From IMG/VR virus record IMGVR_UViG_3300046819_000377, positions 3,802 to 67,801 of that record: DNA of 64,000 nt. The stretch is one strand, 5' to 3'. The notes under the pieces are model-generated. The model ran no database searches. It saw nothing but the letters and a program-made list of their open reading frames with translations, and had not been told where the DNA came from. Shown here piece by piece: positions 1 to 7,914 of the stretch. The DNA is from a virus. Position 1 is the first letter of the stretch, and each line of letters opens with the position of its first letter. The position numbers and the translations under genes are program-made.

Positions 1-198
1 GAATTTAAATTAGACAATTATCCAAAGTTTTACACCATATTAAAACAAAAATATAGAGAAACTGGAAAACTGTATGTAGAAACATTTGCTGAGTATGGCT
101 TTAAATCAGCATCCTATCATGAAAACATCAATGGCACTGGATGGAAATGGACATTGGATGATGCTGAATTTACCTGGTTTACAATACAATGGACCTAA
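1..198 (+). CDS. W-family small protein, 3' fragment (5' end outside window)
   Basis: Frame 1 is open from nt 1 and ends ...DDAEFTWFTIQWT* (TAA 196-198). The C-terminal W-F-x-h-x-W motif matches the family. Confidence 0.45.
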   Translation, partial: EFKLDNYPKFYTILKQKYRETGKLYVETFAEYGFKSASYHENINGTGWKWTLDDAEFTWFTIQWT

Positions 199-446
199 TT
201 ATGACAAAACGAATAATATTATCACCTAATAACAGCTTCGATCTAACTCCCACGTGGTGGAAAAATTTAGTCTATAATACTAATGGATCTTATGGTATTT
301 CCGATAGGGACAATATCATGAACGAATATCACGCCAAAATAGTACGAGATTCGAACAATATCATACAGTTCATTGAATTTGAAAAAGAACAATACTATAC
401 TTGGTTCCTTCTTAATATTAATTCTGACCCACACTTTCTATCATGA
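189..446 (+). CDS. hypothetical small protein, W-family-like (..EQYYTWFLLNI..)
   Basis: ORF track. Alternative in-frame ATG at 201 directly after the upstream TAA. Contains a YTWFLL motif. Confidence 0.5.
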   Translation: MDLIMTKRIILSPNNSFDLTPTWWKNLVYNTNGSYGISDRDNIMNEYHAKIVRDSNNIIQFIEFEKEQYYTWFLLNINSDPHFLS

Positions 447-871
447 TTCAAGTAGTTGTATTAGAAGCATCGGATATAGTCCTAGCAACCGATTATTGCC
501 GACCATTATCTTTATCATCCGGGTATGATGATGGGTATTCATTCACCAGTATGTATAGTGGTAGACCCATCAACAATGTTAAATGGACTCGGGTAGAACA
601 AGTATTCGGACCAGTATGGTTTAACAAATCGGTTGAAACACTTAATGAAGCATTGGGGCTACATGAATTCATTCGTGGCAAATTACCAGAAACACATTTA
701 TATGGTAAGACCAAGGAAGAACAAGCAGCAGAGTATGATGAATATCTAAAATCAAATGTGTTCCCTTATGGTAAACATAAAGAATTAACATTTTATGAGG
801 TCAGGTACAGATTTCCTGACTATTTCAATTGGGCAATTTCCAAAGGAATTATTAAAGATGAAATATATTAA
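443..871 (+). CDS. hypothetical protein (142 aa)
   Basis: ORF track. ATGA overlap with the upstream stop. No motif recognised. Confidence 0.55.
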   Translation: MIQVVVLEASDIVLATDYCRPLSLSSGYDDGYSFTSMYSGRPINNVKWTRVEQVFGPVWFNKSVETLNEALGLHEFIRGKLPETHLYGKTKEEQAAEYDEYLKSNVFPYGKHKELTFYEVRYRFPDYFNWAISKGIIKDEIY

Positions 872-1094
872 ACGACATATCAAAACATCAAAATTCCCAT
901 ATGCAATTGAATTCATGTTTGATTCATCTGACCAAATAACCGAATCGGATGTATACCAATGGTGTACAGAAAACTTTGGTGTGCCATCACCAAATGGTGA
1001 TGAGATGGGATATAAATGGATCAAAAGCTTATTTGGATTACGATTCAAAGATGAAGCACATTTAAATTGGTGTATTATGAGATTTTCATCATGA
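858..1094 (+). CDS. W-family small protein (ends ..EAHLNWCIMRFSS*)
   Basis: Internal ATG (MKYIKRH) at 858, overlapping the end of the upstream ORF. C-terminal family motif. Confidence 0.5.
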   Translation: MKYIKRHIKTSKFPYAIEFMFDSSDQITESDVYQWCTENFGVPSPNGDEMGYKWIKSLFGLRFKDEAHLNWCIMRFSS

Positions 1095-1276
1095 CTGTGC
1101 TAGATATTCGAAACTTCCCGAAATTTGCAGACTATTGCCTCAGCAAATACACACCATACGTAACATGGGAGATATGTATCAAATATGAAGGATTTGATGT
1201 AATTAGGGTTCGTGATTATCATTACGAGTTTCAAGATGTCGATGCAACATGGTTCATTCTTAAATGGAGTAGTTGA
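1091..1276 (+). CDS. W-family small protein (ends ..DATWFILKWSS*)
   Basis: ATG 1091 overlaps the upstream TGA (ATGA). C-terminal WFILKWS. Confidence 0.6.
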   Translation: MTVLDIRNFPKFADYCLSKYTPYVTWEICIKYEGFDVIRVRDYHYEFQDVDATWFILKWSS

Positions 1277-1323
1277 CACTACTTCCAACCTATGTTATAC
1301 TCTTTTATTTTATAGGAACAATT

Positions 1324-1848
1324 ATGCCAACCAATCAACAATATATTTTCTTCTGGTCCGGGCCATTCTCCCAATGGCATCATGCTAATTTTGTATTAGA
1401 TGGTATCAAATACAATACTGCCGAACAGTATATGATGTATCATAAAGCACGATTATTTTCTAATCCATTCAATGATGCAATTGCAGAACAAATTTTAGCA
1501 TCAACTAATCCAAAAGAACAAAAAGCATTAGGCCGTAAAGTTCGTGATTTTGATATGGTCTGGTGGAATGAGAATGCAATTCAAATCGCATTTCGTGGTA
1601 ATCATGGCAAGTTCTCACAAAACAAAAATCTGTATAACCGATTAATGAACACCGGTAATTCATTATTAGTAGAGGCATCGCCATTTGACAGTATATGGGG
1701 AGTCGGGTTAAATGAAGAAGATGCAAAAAAAATTCCGCCAGAGCAATGGCCAGGTAAAAATTGGTTAGGTATTGTACTAACTGATTTACGTGAACATTTT
1801 AAGAACGAAGAACGTATAGCAATGGAGAACAAACATGCGAAAATTTAA
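1324..1848 (+). CDS. NADAR / YbiA-like domain protein (DUF1768)
   Basis: Motifs FFWSGPFSQWHHANF..GIKYNTAEQYMMYHKARLF..AIQIAFRGNHGKFSQNKNL..SPFDSIWGVG are typical of the YbiA/NADAR family. Start taken at MPTNQQ. Confidence 0.75.
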   Translation: MPTNQQYIFFWSGPFSQWHHANFVLDGIKYNTAEQYMMYHKARLFSNPFNDAIAEQILASTNPKEQKALGRKVRDFDMVWWNENAIQIAFRGNHGKFSQNKNLYNRLMNTGNSLLVEASPFDSIWGVGLNEEDAKKIPPEQWPGKNWLGIVLTDLREHFKNEERIAMENKHAKI

Positions 1849-1872
1849 AACTTCATCCTCAACCGATCATAG

Positions 1873-1901
1873 TTGACAAATTAAAATCATCTTGCTAGAC
1901 T
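1873..1901 (+). promoter_or_regulatory. sigma70-like promoter (TTGACA-N17-TAGACT) upstream of 1931 gene
   Basis: TTGACA 1873-1878, TAGACT 1896-1901, then an A/C-rich leader caaacacaca. Confidence 0.45.
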
Positions 1902-1930
1902 ATTAACTTTCAAACACACATGAGATTATT

Positions 1931-2752
1931 ATGACAATTACAGCTCAAGATTGCAGAACCGCTATCAAAAATAGCAAATCAATTAGTCCATTACTCACTT
2001 ATGCTTCTGATTGGAAACAAGCACGTAAGTATAAAGCCAACAACGGTGATAATGTGCGAATCTTTAACAGCAGTATTATGAATGAAACTGTTTACGTAAT
2101 CGAACGTGGGTATGGATTGGAAGTTACTCTCACTAAACCAGATATGCAATGGTCATTCGAAATTCAACCCTATGCACAATGGGATGAATATGATACTGTT
2201 AAGTTTCGTGTATATGGCAATGAACAATATGAATCTGGTTTTGTAGCCAATCATGTTAAAGGGTTGCCGCCTGGCTCAACCGAGGTATCAGAAGGTATGT
2301 TCAATAATTCAAACTTTACTGAATACAATTTTATTGAAATGATGGAGTCGGCAAACTTCAATAATATGACACCTGATCTTGGTGAGAAACCTGAAAAACC
2401 TGAACCACCTGAAGAAGGGTGTGGCGCAGATGAATGTTGCGGTGGTTCTTGTAGTTTTGGAATATCACTTTCAAGTGATGACGACTCGGATTTAGTTGAA
2501 GATTTCTGGTATTATGAAATCATAACAGATGAAGCGGATGGAGAGTATATAAACATTACTTCTAAAGCATACTGGGAGAAATATGGTTATCTTGATGATA
2601 AAATTGCCAGTGATGCATTGAATCAAGCATTGCCACTTGGGTTTTCTGAATTAGCTGAGAGTACATTTGACTACAATGGAAATATGGCTGCTGCCAAAAC
2701 AGCATTGGATGCCACTGGAAATTTTCAAGAGTTTTGTTTTGGATTTTATTGA
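1931..2752 (+). CDS. hypothetical acidic protein (273 aa), Cys-rich patch CGADECCGGSCSFG
   Basis: ORF track. Promoter upstream. Confidence 0.6.
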   Translation: MTITAQDCRTAIKNSKSISPLLTYASDWKQARKYKANNGDNVRIFNSSIMNETVYVIERGYGLEVTLTKPDMQWSFEIQPYAQWDEYDTVKFRVYGNEQYESGFVANHVKGLPPGSTEVSEGMFNNSNFTEYNFIEMMESANFNNMTPDLGEKPEKPEPPEEGCGADECCGGSCSFGISLSSDDDSDLVEDFWYYEIITDEADGEYINITSKAYWEKYGYLDDKIASDALNQALPLGFSELAESTFDYNGNMAAAKTALDATGNFQEFCFGFY

Positions 2753-2776
2753 CACACCAGTAAAATCTGCTATAAT
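2749..2776 (+). promoter_or_regulatory. sigma70-like promoter TTGACA-N16-TATAAT
   Basis: TTGACA 2749-2754, TATAAT 2771-2776. SD aagagga before ATG 2805. Confidence 0.6.
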
Positions 2777-2804
2777 ACAACCAACTTAAACAAAGAGGAC
2801 AACA

Positions 2805-3188
2805 ATGAGTATCGCAACTGAACAAGAACAACTGGATTATTTTTATAAACGTGTTGAAACTATCAAACACAGTAAGTTATTGACTAAAACTTTGCCTAGT
2901 CCAGGTCTTGTTATTACACACAGAGAGGTGGTTCAAGCATTAATTGATGGTTCTGCTACACTACGTGATACAGATGCCATGGGGCCTATTATTTACATTA
3001 GTGAGTTAAATTGGCCGGATTTAATAATAAAAGAACAAGAACATAAACAACGAGTTACACAGGCACAAGAAGATTATAATGCATACCATATCGCATTAAA
3101 TGAATCTATCTCAAAAATTATGGATAAGGTGGTATTAGGTAAACTAAAACCATTAGAAGCAATTGAACAGATTGAACAATTAGATTAA
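2805..3188 (+). CDS. hypothetical protein (127 aa)
   Basis: ORF track, promoter and SD. Confidence 0.6.
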   Translation: MSIATEQEQLDYFYKRVETIKHSKLLTKTLPSPGLVITHREVVQALIDGSATLRDTDAMGPIIYISELNWPDLIIKEQEHKQRVTQAQEDYNAYHIALNESISKIMDKVVLGKLKPLEAIEQIEQLD

Positions 3189-3209
3189 TTTAACAACAAA
3201 GAGTAAACA

Positions 3210-3440
3210 ATGAAAATGAAAGGTTTTACACTAATCGAGATAGTTATTACTATTGCTATCATCTGCATTATTGGCGGTATTATACACACCAACAGTAACA
3301 ATGTATCAGTCGGTATCAATGGTATGGTGGAAACACGATGTATCAATAATTTACAATTTGTAATAGGCGAGAAAGGCAGGGTCACACAGGTCCTTGATAC
3401 CAATGGCCATGGCGTTTCTTGCACCAAATCAAACATTTAA
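3210..3440 (+). CDS. prepilin-like small protein (type IV pilin N-terminal motif)
   Basis: N-terminus MKMKGFTLIEIVITIAIICII has a G-F-T-L-I-E class III signal/N-methylation motif plus a hydrophobic helix. SD aaagag. Confidence 0.5.
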   Translation: MKMKGFTLIEIVITIAIICIIGGIIHTNSNNVSVGINGMVETRCINNLQFVIGEKGRVTQVLDTNGHGVSCTKSNI

Positions 3441-3454
3441 TAAAACATAAAAAT

Positions 3455-4123
3455 ATGACAACTTATACAACAACAAAATCAAATGCAATGACACGTGTTT
3501 ATCGCAACATGGCTTTATCGGTATTCACTACCATGGTAGTAGCGTATATCGTTAGCCAAAGTCCAACATTAACTGCATTCTTTTTAACTGGCCCAATGAA
3601 ATGGGTAGTGCTATTAGTACCACTGGCAATGGTTTTTGTTTTCCATGCAGTTTTGCAATCAACCGAATCGCCAATTGTGGCCCACAGTCTATTACAGATC
3701 TTTTCAGCAACATTTGGTATTAGCTTGTCGGTGATCTTTCATCAGTATAGTGCTGGGTTGATTACCAGTGCGTTCTTGGGTGCAACGGTATTGTTTACCA
3801 CTATGGCAATTTACGGGATGACTACTAAACGAGATTTAACATCGATTGGTGCCTTCTTGATGGTTGGATTAATTTCTTTAATTATTGTTAGTGTTATCAA
3901 TCTATTCATTGGTAATTCATTATTAGATTTGACATTATCTGGGATTGGTGTTATCATCTTCTTGGGCTTTACCGCATATGATGCACAAAACATTCAAGAA
4001 ATGGTTAACTATGAAAGTAATACCAATCTTGAAGTAATGGGCGCTTTGTCATTGTATCTTGACTTTGTAAATCTGTTTCTGGATTTACTGAGATTATTTG
4101 GTGCTTTAGCATCCGACGATTAA
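3455..4123 (+). CDS. Bax inhibitor-1 / YccA family inner-membrane protein
   Basis: Seven hydrophobic segments. C-terminal signature ..DAQNIQEM..NLEVMGALSLYLDFVNLFLDLLRLFG is typical of BI-1/YccA (PF01027). Confidence 0.7.
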   Translation: MTTYTTTKSNAMTRVYRNMALSVFTTMVVAYIVSQSPTLTAFFLTGPMKWVVLLVPLAMVFVFHAVLQSTESPIVAHSLLQIFSATFGISLSVIFHQYSAGLITSAFLGATVLFTTMAIYGMTTKRDLTSIGAFLMVGLISLIIVSVINLFIGNSLLDLTLSGIGVIIFLGFTAYDAQNIQEMVNYESNTNLEVMGALSLYLDFVNLFLDLLRLFGALASDD

Positions 4124-4125
4124 TG

Positions 4126-4154
4126 TTGACAAGAGTGTATTGTAGCAATATAAT
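4126..4154 (+). promoter_or_regulatory. sigma70 consensus promoter TTGACA-N17-TATAAT (overlaps terminator hairpin)
   Basis: TTGACA 4126-4131, TATAAT 4149-4154. Confidence 0.6.
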
Positions 4155-4166
4155 ACACTCTTTTTT
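4132..4166 (+). terminator. rho-independent terminator
   Basis: Stem AGAGTGTATT / AATACACTCT followed by TTTTTT (4161-4166). Confidence 0.65.
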
Positions 4167-4196
4167 AGCGTGATTTAAATTAGTAGGTATTAATTC

Positions 4197-4418
4197 ATGT
4201 CTTTTAAAGTAAAAATTATTCGAGTCCAATTCAAAACTTGGCGATCATGGAAAAACTGGGATGCTGGTAGACGGCAATGGGATGGTACTAATAAAAGTTA
4301 TGGGCAGTATTGTGTTAAACATTATCCTATCTGCTTATCTGCTAACAGTGTATTTGGTGGAGTAGAATTTACGTTTGAATCAGAAGCACATTATCACTGG
4401 TTCTTATTACAACAATGA
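4197..4418 (+). CDS. W-family small protein, subfamily A (ends FESEAHYHWFLLQQ*)
   Basis: First of six tandem paralogues. ORF track. Confidence 0.6.
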   Translation: MSFKVKIIRVQFKTWRSWKNWDAGRRQWDGTNKSYGQYCVKHYPICLSANSVFGGVEFTFESEAHYHWFLLQQ

Positions 4419-4651
4419 CTATTGAAATAATTGACAATTTTGGAGCCCCAATATCTAAATTTCCACTGATAAGTAAAGCTTGGTGCATGAATTATACACA
4501 TTCTACCGATTTTGCCCAATGGGTTAAAGACACCTTTCCTGAAATTATAGATGTTAACAGAATGGGTGGATACTATCTGAAAGATCACCCAGCTTACCGA
4601 TATACATTTGAATCTGAAGCACATTACACTTGGTTTTTATTACAACAATGA
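4415..4651 (+). CDS. W-family subfamily A (ends FESEAHYTWFLLQQ*)
   Basis: ATGA overlap with upstream stop. Conserved C-terminus. Confidence 0.6.
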   Translation: MTIEIIDNFGAPISKFPLISKAWCMNYTHSTDFAQWVKDTFPEIIDVNRMGGYYLKDHPAYRYTFESEAHYTWFLLQQ

Positions 4652-4866
4652 TTTACCAACTAACAATACATAGCAGAATAGCTGGTAAATGGGCAACCAC
4701 TAGAATGTACGTCCATGATTTCCAGTTCCAAGGTAAATTACCCAATTGGCTAATGCACCACCATGACGAAATCATTCACGCCGAGTATCACCATGGGGAT
4801 CGAATGTACCTAAACATAACCTTTAATTCAGAAGCACATTATCACTGGTTTTTATTACAACAATGA
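4648..4866 (+). CDS. W-family subfamily A (ends FNSEAHYHWFLLQQ*)
   Basis: ATG 4648 overlaps TGA (CAACAATGA junction). The ORF-track start was a TTG inside the upstream gene. Confidence 0.6.
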   Translation: MIYQLTIHSRIAGKWATTRMYVHDFQFQGKLPNWLMHHHDEIIHAEYHHGDRMYLNITFNSEAHYHWFLLQQ

Positions 4867-5120
4867 CATTTCAAATAGAAGATCCTTGGGCATCACCTTA
4901 TTCTAGATTCACAGGGTGTTATAAAAGATGGTGTGATATAGTAGATATCAGTTCCAGCAATAATCTTGATGCACCTGATTTTTTTACCTGGATTAAAGAA
5001 ACATTTCCTGAAATAATAAAGATTGAAACAGTTGATGAACATGACTATGAATATTTAACTTTTAAATATACATTTGAATCTGAAGCACATTTCACTTGGT
5101 TTTTATTGAGGTGGTCATGA
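4863..5120 (+). CDS. W-family subfamily A (ends FESEAHFTWFLLRWS*)
   Basis: ATGA overlap. Conserved C-terminus. Confidence 0.6.
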   Translation: MTFQIEDPWASPYSRFTGCYKRWCDIVDISSSNNLDAPDFFTWIKETFPEIIKIETVDEHDYEYLTFKYTFESEAHFTWFLLRWS

Positions 5121-5338
5121 ATTACGAAATTATATTACCCAGCAACATATACAGAGCATGGGATTCATTCAAAGAATATACCAATGTAGCTGATATGTTG
5201 TCATTCAAAGATTTTATTATGGAAAACTACCCAGAATGCGTATCAGTAGCATATACGATACCATCACCGAGGTTACTGGATATGACTTTTACATTTAAAT
5301 CTGAAGCGCATTACACTTGGTTTTTATTAAAACAATGA
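5117..5338 (+). CDS. W-family subfamily A (ends FKSEAHYTWFLLKQ*)
   Basis: ATG 5117 lies within the GAGGTGGTCATGA junction. Confidence 0.6.
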   Translation: MNYEIILPSNIYRAWDSFKEYTNVADMLSFKDFIMENYPECVSVAYTIPSPRLLDMTFTFKSEAHYTWFLLKQ

Positions 5339-5535
5339 GTTATACAATCGCAGTCCAAGCTTCCACATTTAATTTTTTTGGTAAATGGCGAGAAGCTGGG
5401 TTCGTTGGTACTTTCTCTGATTTTGTATTTACTAGGTACCCTGATATACTGGATTTCAGGGTATGGGGGCATTCGGAGTATCTACTGACTTTTGAAACAG
5501 AAGCGCATTACACTTGGTTTTTATTACAACAATAA
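5335..5535 (+). CDS. W-family subfamily A (ends FETEAHYTWFLLQQ*)
   Basis: ATGA overlap. Confidence 0.6.
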   Translation: MSYTIAVQASTFNFFGKWREAGFVGTFSDFVFTRYPDILDFRVWGHSEYLLTFETEAHYTWFLLQQ

Positions 5536-5544
5536 GGTTAAATT

Positions 5545-5766
5545 ATGACACAGTATAGAGTATTAGAAGATACAGCAACTGGTAGTTTTTATCCACAGCG
5601 TAAACGTAGTTGGTATTTAGGGTGGGAATATTTTGAAACTAAAAGGCTTGGTCGGATGTTTCATCATGACCTTAACAGTGCATATCGGTGGCTTGATAGA
5701 TTCACAGACAATTCTAAACCAAATTCTATAATTCACGAGTACCCACCAAAGCAGTTTGACAAGTAG
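5545..5766 (+). CDS. hypothetical protein (73 aa)
   Basis: ORF track. SD aaggttaaatt-ATG. Confidence 0.5.
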   Translation: MTQYRVLEDTATGSFYPQRKRSWYLGWEYFETKRLGRMFHHDLNSAYRWLDRFTDNSKPNSIIHEYPPKQFDK

Positions 5767-5783
5767 TTTTATTTTGTTATAAT
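5756..5783 (+). promoter_or_regulatory. sigma70-like promoter TTGACA-N16-TATAAT + conserved ACACAAC..AGAGAGACACAACATG leader
   Basis: TTGACA 5756-5761, TATAAT 5778-5783. The leader is near-identical to those at 21866 and 22357. Confidence 0.6.
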
Positions 5784-5817
5784 GCACACAACTTAACACA
5801 ACACAGAGAGACACAAC

Positions 5818-6324
5818 ATGATTGAATATACAGTACGAGTTCATAAAGATAGAACCGAATGGTTTTTAAATGGCGAATTACATCGAGAAGATGGTCCAGC
5901 TGTTGAAAGGATAAATGGTTCTAAATTATGGTATTTAAATGGTAAACGTCATAGAACAGATGGCCCAGCTATTGAATATGCCAATAGCGAAAAACAATGG
6001 TATTTAAATGGCGAATTACATCGAGAAGATGGCCCCGCTATTGAATGGAAAGATGGATCTAAAGCATGGTATTTAAATGGACAATCACATCGAGAAGATG
6101 GCCCTGCACTTGAATGGGCAAATGGCGAAAAACAATGGTATTTAAATGGTAACCGTCATAGAACCGATGGCCCAGCTATTGAATATGCCAGTGGTAAAAA
6201 AGCATGGTACTTAAATGGTCAAGAATACACAGAACAAGATTTTAACAAACTGATTAATTGCACAGAATTATCAATAGCTGAAATCGAACAATTACTTGGT
6301 TATAAAATTAAGGTGGTAAGATGA
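5818..6324 (+). CDS. MORN-variant repeat protein (W[YW]LNG.xHREDGPAIE repeats)
   Basis: Seven 23-aa repeats. C-terminus ..EQDFNKLINCTELSIAEIEQLLGYKIKVVR. Confidence 0.7.
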   Translation: MIEYTVRVHKDRTEWFLNGELHREDGPAVERINGSKLWYLNGKRHRTDGPAIEYANSEKQWYLNGELHREDGPAIEWKDGSKAWYLNGQSHREDGPALEWANGEKQWYLNGNRHRTDGPAIEYASGKKAWYLNGQEYTEQDFNKLINCTELSIAEIEQLLGYKIKVVR

Positions 6325-6692
6325 TTGAATACACAGTACGAGTTGACAGAGATAGAACCGAATGGTATTTAAATGGCGAATTACATCGAGAAGATGGACC
6401 AGCTGTTGAATTTGAGAATGGTTACAAAGAATGGTGGTTAAATGGCAAGCGTCATAGAACAGACGGACCAGCGGTTGAATGGATAAATGGTTCTAAATTA
6501 TGGTATCAACATGACAAATTACATCGAGAAGATGGCCCAGCTATTGAACGTGCGGATAGATCTAGAGAGTGGTATTTAAATGGACAAGAATATTCAGAAC
6601 AAGATTTTAACAAACTGATTAATTGCACAGAATTATCAATAGCTGAAATTGAACAATTACTTGGATATAAAGTTAAAATCGTTGATAAGTAG
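6321..6692 (+). CDS. MORN-variant repeat protein
   Basis: ATGA overlap with upstream gene. Repeats WYLNGELHREDGPAVE. Confidence 0.7.
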   Translation: MIEYTVRVDRDRTEWYLNGELHREDGPAVEFENGYKEWWLNGKRHRTDGPAVEWINGSKLWYQHDKLHREDGPAIERADRSREWYLNGQEYSEQDFNKLINCTELSIAEIEQLLGYKVKIVDK

Positions 6693-6709
6693 TCTTATTC
6701 TGCTATAAT
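6682..6709 (+). promoter_or_regulatory. sigma70-like promoter TTGATA-N16-TATAAT
   Basis: TTGATA 6682-6687, TATAAT 6704-6709, then leader acacccaatttaaacacaagag. Confidence 0.5.
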
Positions 6710-6737
6710 ACACCCAATTTAAACACAAGAGATTCTT

Positions 6738-7127
6738 ATGAACATTAAACAAGAAATCAAACAAATTTACGAACGCCTTGCAGTTCTAGAAAAACAACTA
6801 GACGAAGAACAGTATGACTGGGATAATGCACCTGTCATTTACACATATAATGCAGTTGAATACAGAATGGGTCCAAAAGCTGCAAAAGAAATGTCTTGGG
6901 AAGATGCAAAAGAATGGTGCAACTCAGTAGGCGGTGAATTGCCAGATATAGAGACAATGTTGGTTTGTCAAGTATTGAATATGCATAAAACTGGCGAATA
7001 TTGGACTAACGTTTCAAGGGGCATTGACAACACGGCATGGATTCATAGATTTGAATGGAACCAATCTTTTCCTATTGCAGTAGGTTGTCTCAGAAGTGTA
7101 ATTGCTGTTAGACAGTACCGGTTGTAA
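6738..7127 (+). CDS. hypothetical protein, possible DUF1566 (Lcl C-terminal)-like fold
   Basis: MSWEDAKEWCNSVGGELPDIETMLV..YWTNVS resembles the W.eA..WC.....G.LP..eEL pattern of DUF1566. Confidence 0.45.
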   Translation: MNIKQEIKQIYERLAVLEKQLDEEQYDWDNAPVIYTYNAVEYRMGPKAAKEMSWEDAKEWCNSVGGELPDIETMLVCQVLNMHKTGEYWTNVSRGIDNTAWIHRFEWNQSFPIAVGCLRSVIAVRQYRL

Positions 7128-7128
7128 T

Positions 7129-7224
7129 ATGTGTGATAACGAATTTGTCCCAGTAATTTTATTCATTGTAATAATATATCTTATCTTTAAAAGATCAGCC
7201 AAAGATTGGAATAGATTAAAATGA
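7129..7224 (+). CDS. small hydrophobic peptide (31 aa, one TM)
   Basis: MCDNEFVPVILFIVIIYLIFKRSAKDWNRLK. TAATATG start and ATGA overlap with the 7221 gene. Below the ORF-track size cutoff. Confidence 0.3.
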   Translation: MCDNEFVPVILFIVIIYLIFKRSAKDWNRLK

Positions 7225-7445
7225 CTGAACTTGTAATTGCCTACAAATCTAAACTTGATGATAAGTTGTATGAATTATATACACAGCGCAGTTACCGTGG
7301 TGATTGCGGTTACCGTGGTGGTTGGTTTGGTTTTATTAGAAGTTTAGATCCAAAAATTATAAGTGTATATAAACGTAATTGGGACACACATATTGCATTT
7401 GAAGGCGAAGAATATAGAAATTGGTTTATTTTGAGGTGGTCATGA
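7221..7445 (+). CDS. W-family small protein (ends EYRNWFILRWS*)
   Basis: ORF track. C-terminal motif. Confidence 0.6.
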   Translation: MTELVIAYKSKLDDKLYELYTQRSYRGDCGYRGGWFGFIRSLDPKIISVYKRNWDTHIAFEGEEYRNWFILRWS

Positions 7446-7627
7446 AAAGAATAAAGTTTGATACATATGATTTCCCAAAATTCATTGATGCAACGGATGA
7501 TATTATTGGGTGGCATGAATCTTTTATTTCACAAGGGTATAAGACTTATAAAAATGATTATAATAGTTATCCCAGACACAGTTTGAGTGAAGAAGAATAT
7601 ACTTGGTTTGTTTTGAGGTGGAGTTAA
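7442..7627 (+). CDS. W-family small protein (ends EEEYTWFVLRWS*)
   Basis: ATG 7442 in junction TGGTTTATTTTGAGGTGGTCATGA. Confidence 0.6.
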   Translation: MKRIKFDTYDFPKFIDATDDIIGWHESFISQGYKTYKNDYNSYPRHSLSEEEYTWFVLRWS

Positions 7628-7914
7628 TGAAAGAATATTCTGTAAAATTTACTGCTTGGGAAGTTTTAAAACCAGATGGTTATGGCGTAGGTGATGAACA
7701 TATTGCATACTTTTCATCTAGTTCCGAAGCTAACAAATTCAAAGCACAATACAAAGACCATTGGCCTAGACGTGTTAGAAAAGTCGAGATTGACAAACGT
7801 TGGGTAGTATGCGATACTGTTGAAGAAATTAACCAAATGGAACTGCTTAATAAAAAAGCAGCAGCATTAGTTAAACTTACTGAAGAAGAACGTAAAATTT
7901 TGGGATTAGAATAA
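7627..7914 (+). CDS. hypothetical protein (95 aa)
   Basis: TAATG overlap. Internal ATG of ORF 7603..7914. Confidence 0.5.
   Translation: MKEYSVKFTAWEVLKPDGYGVGDEHIAYFSSSSEANKFKAQYKDHWPRRVRKVEIDKRWVVCDTVEEINQMELLNKKAAALVKLTEEERKILGLE

Noticed and set aside
3185-3436. 83-aa minus-strand ORF opposite the prepilin-like gene
   Set aside because: The plus-strand ORF has a canonical prepilin motif, an SD and fits the operon polarity. The antisense ORF has no signals.
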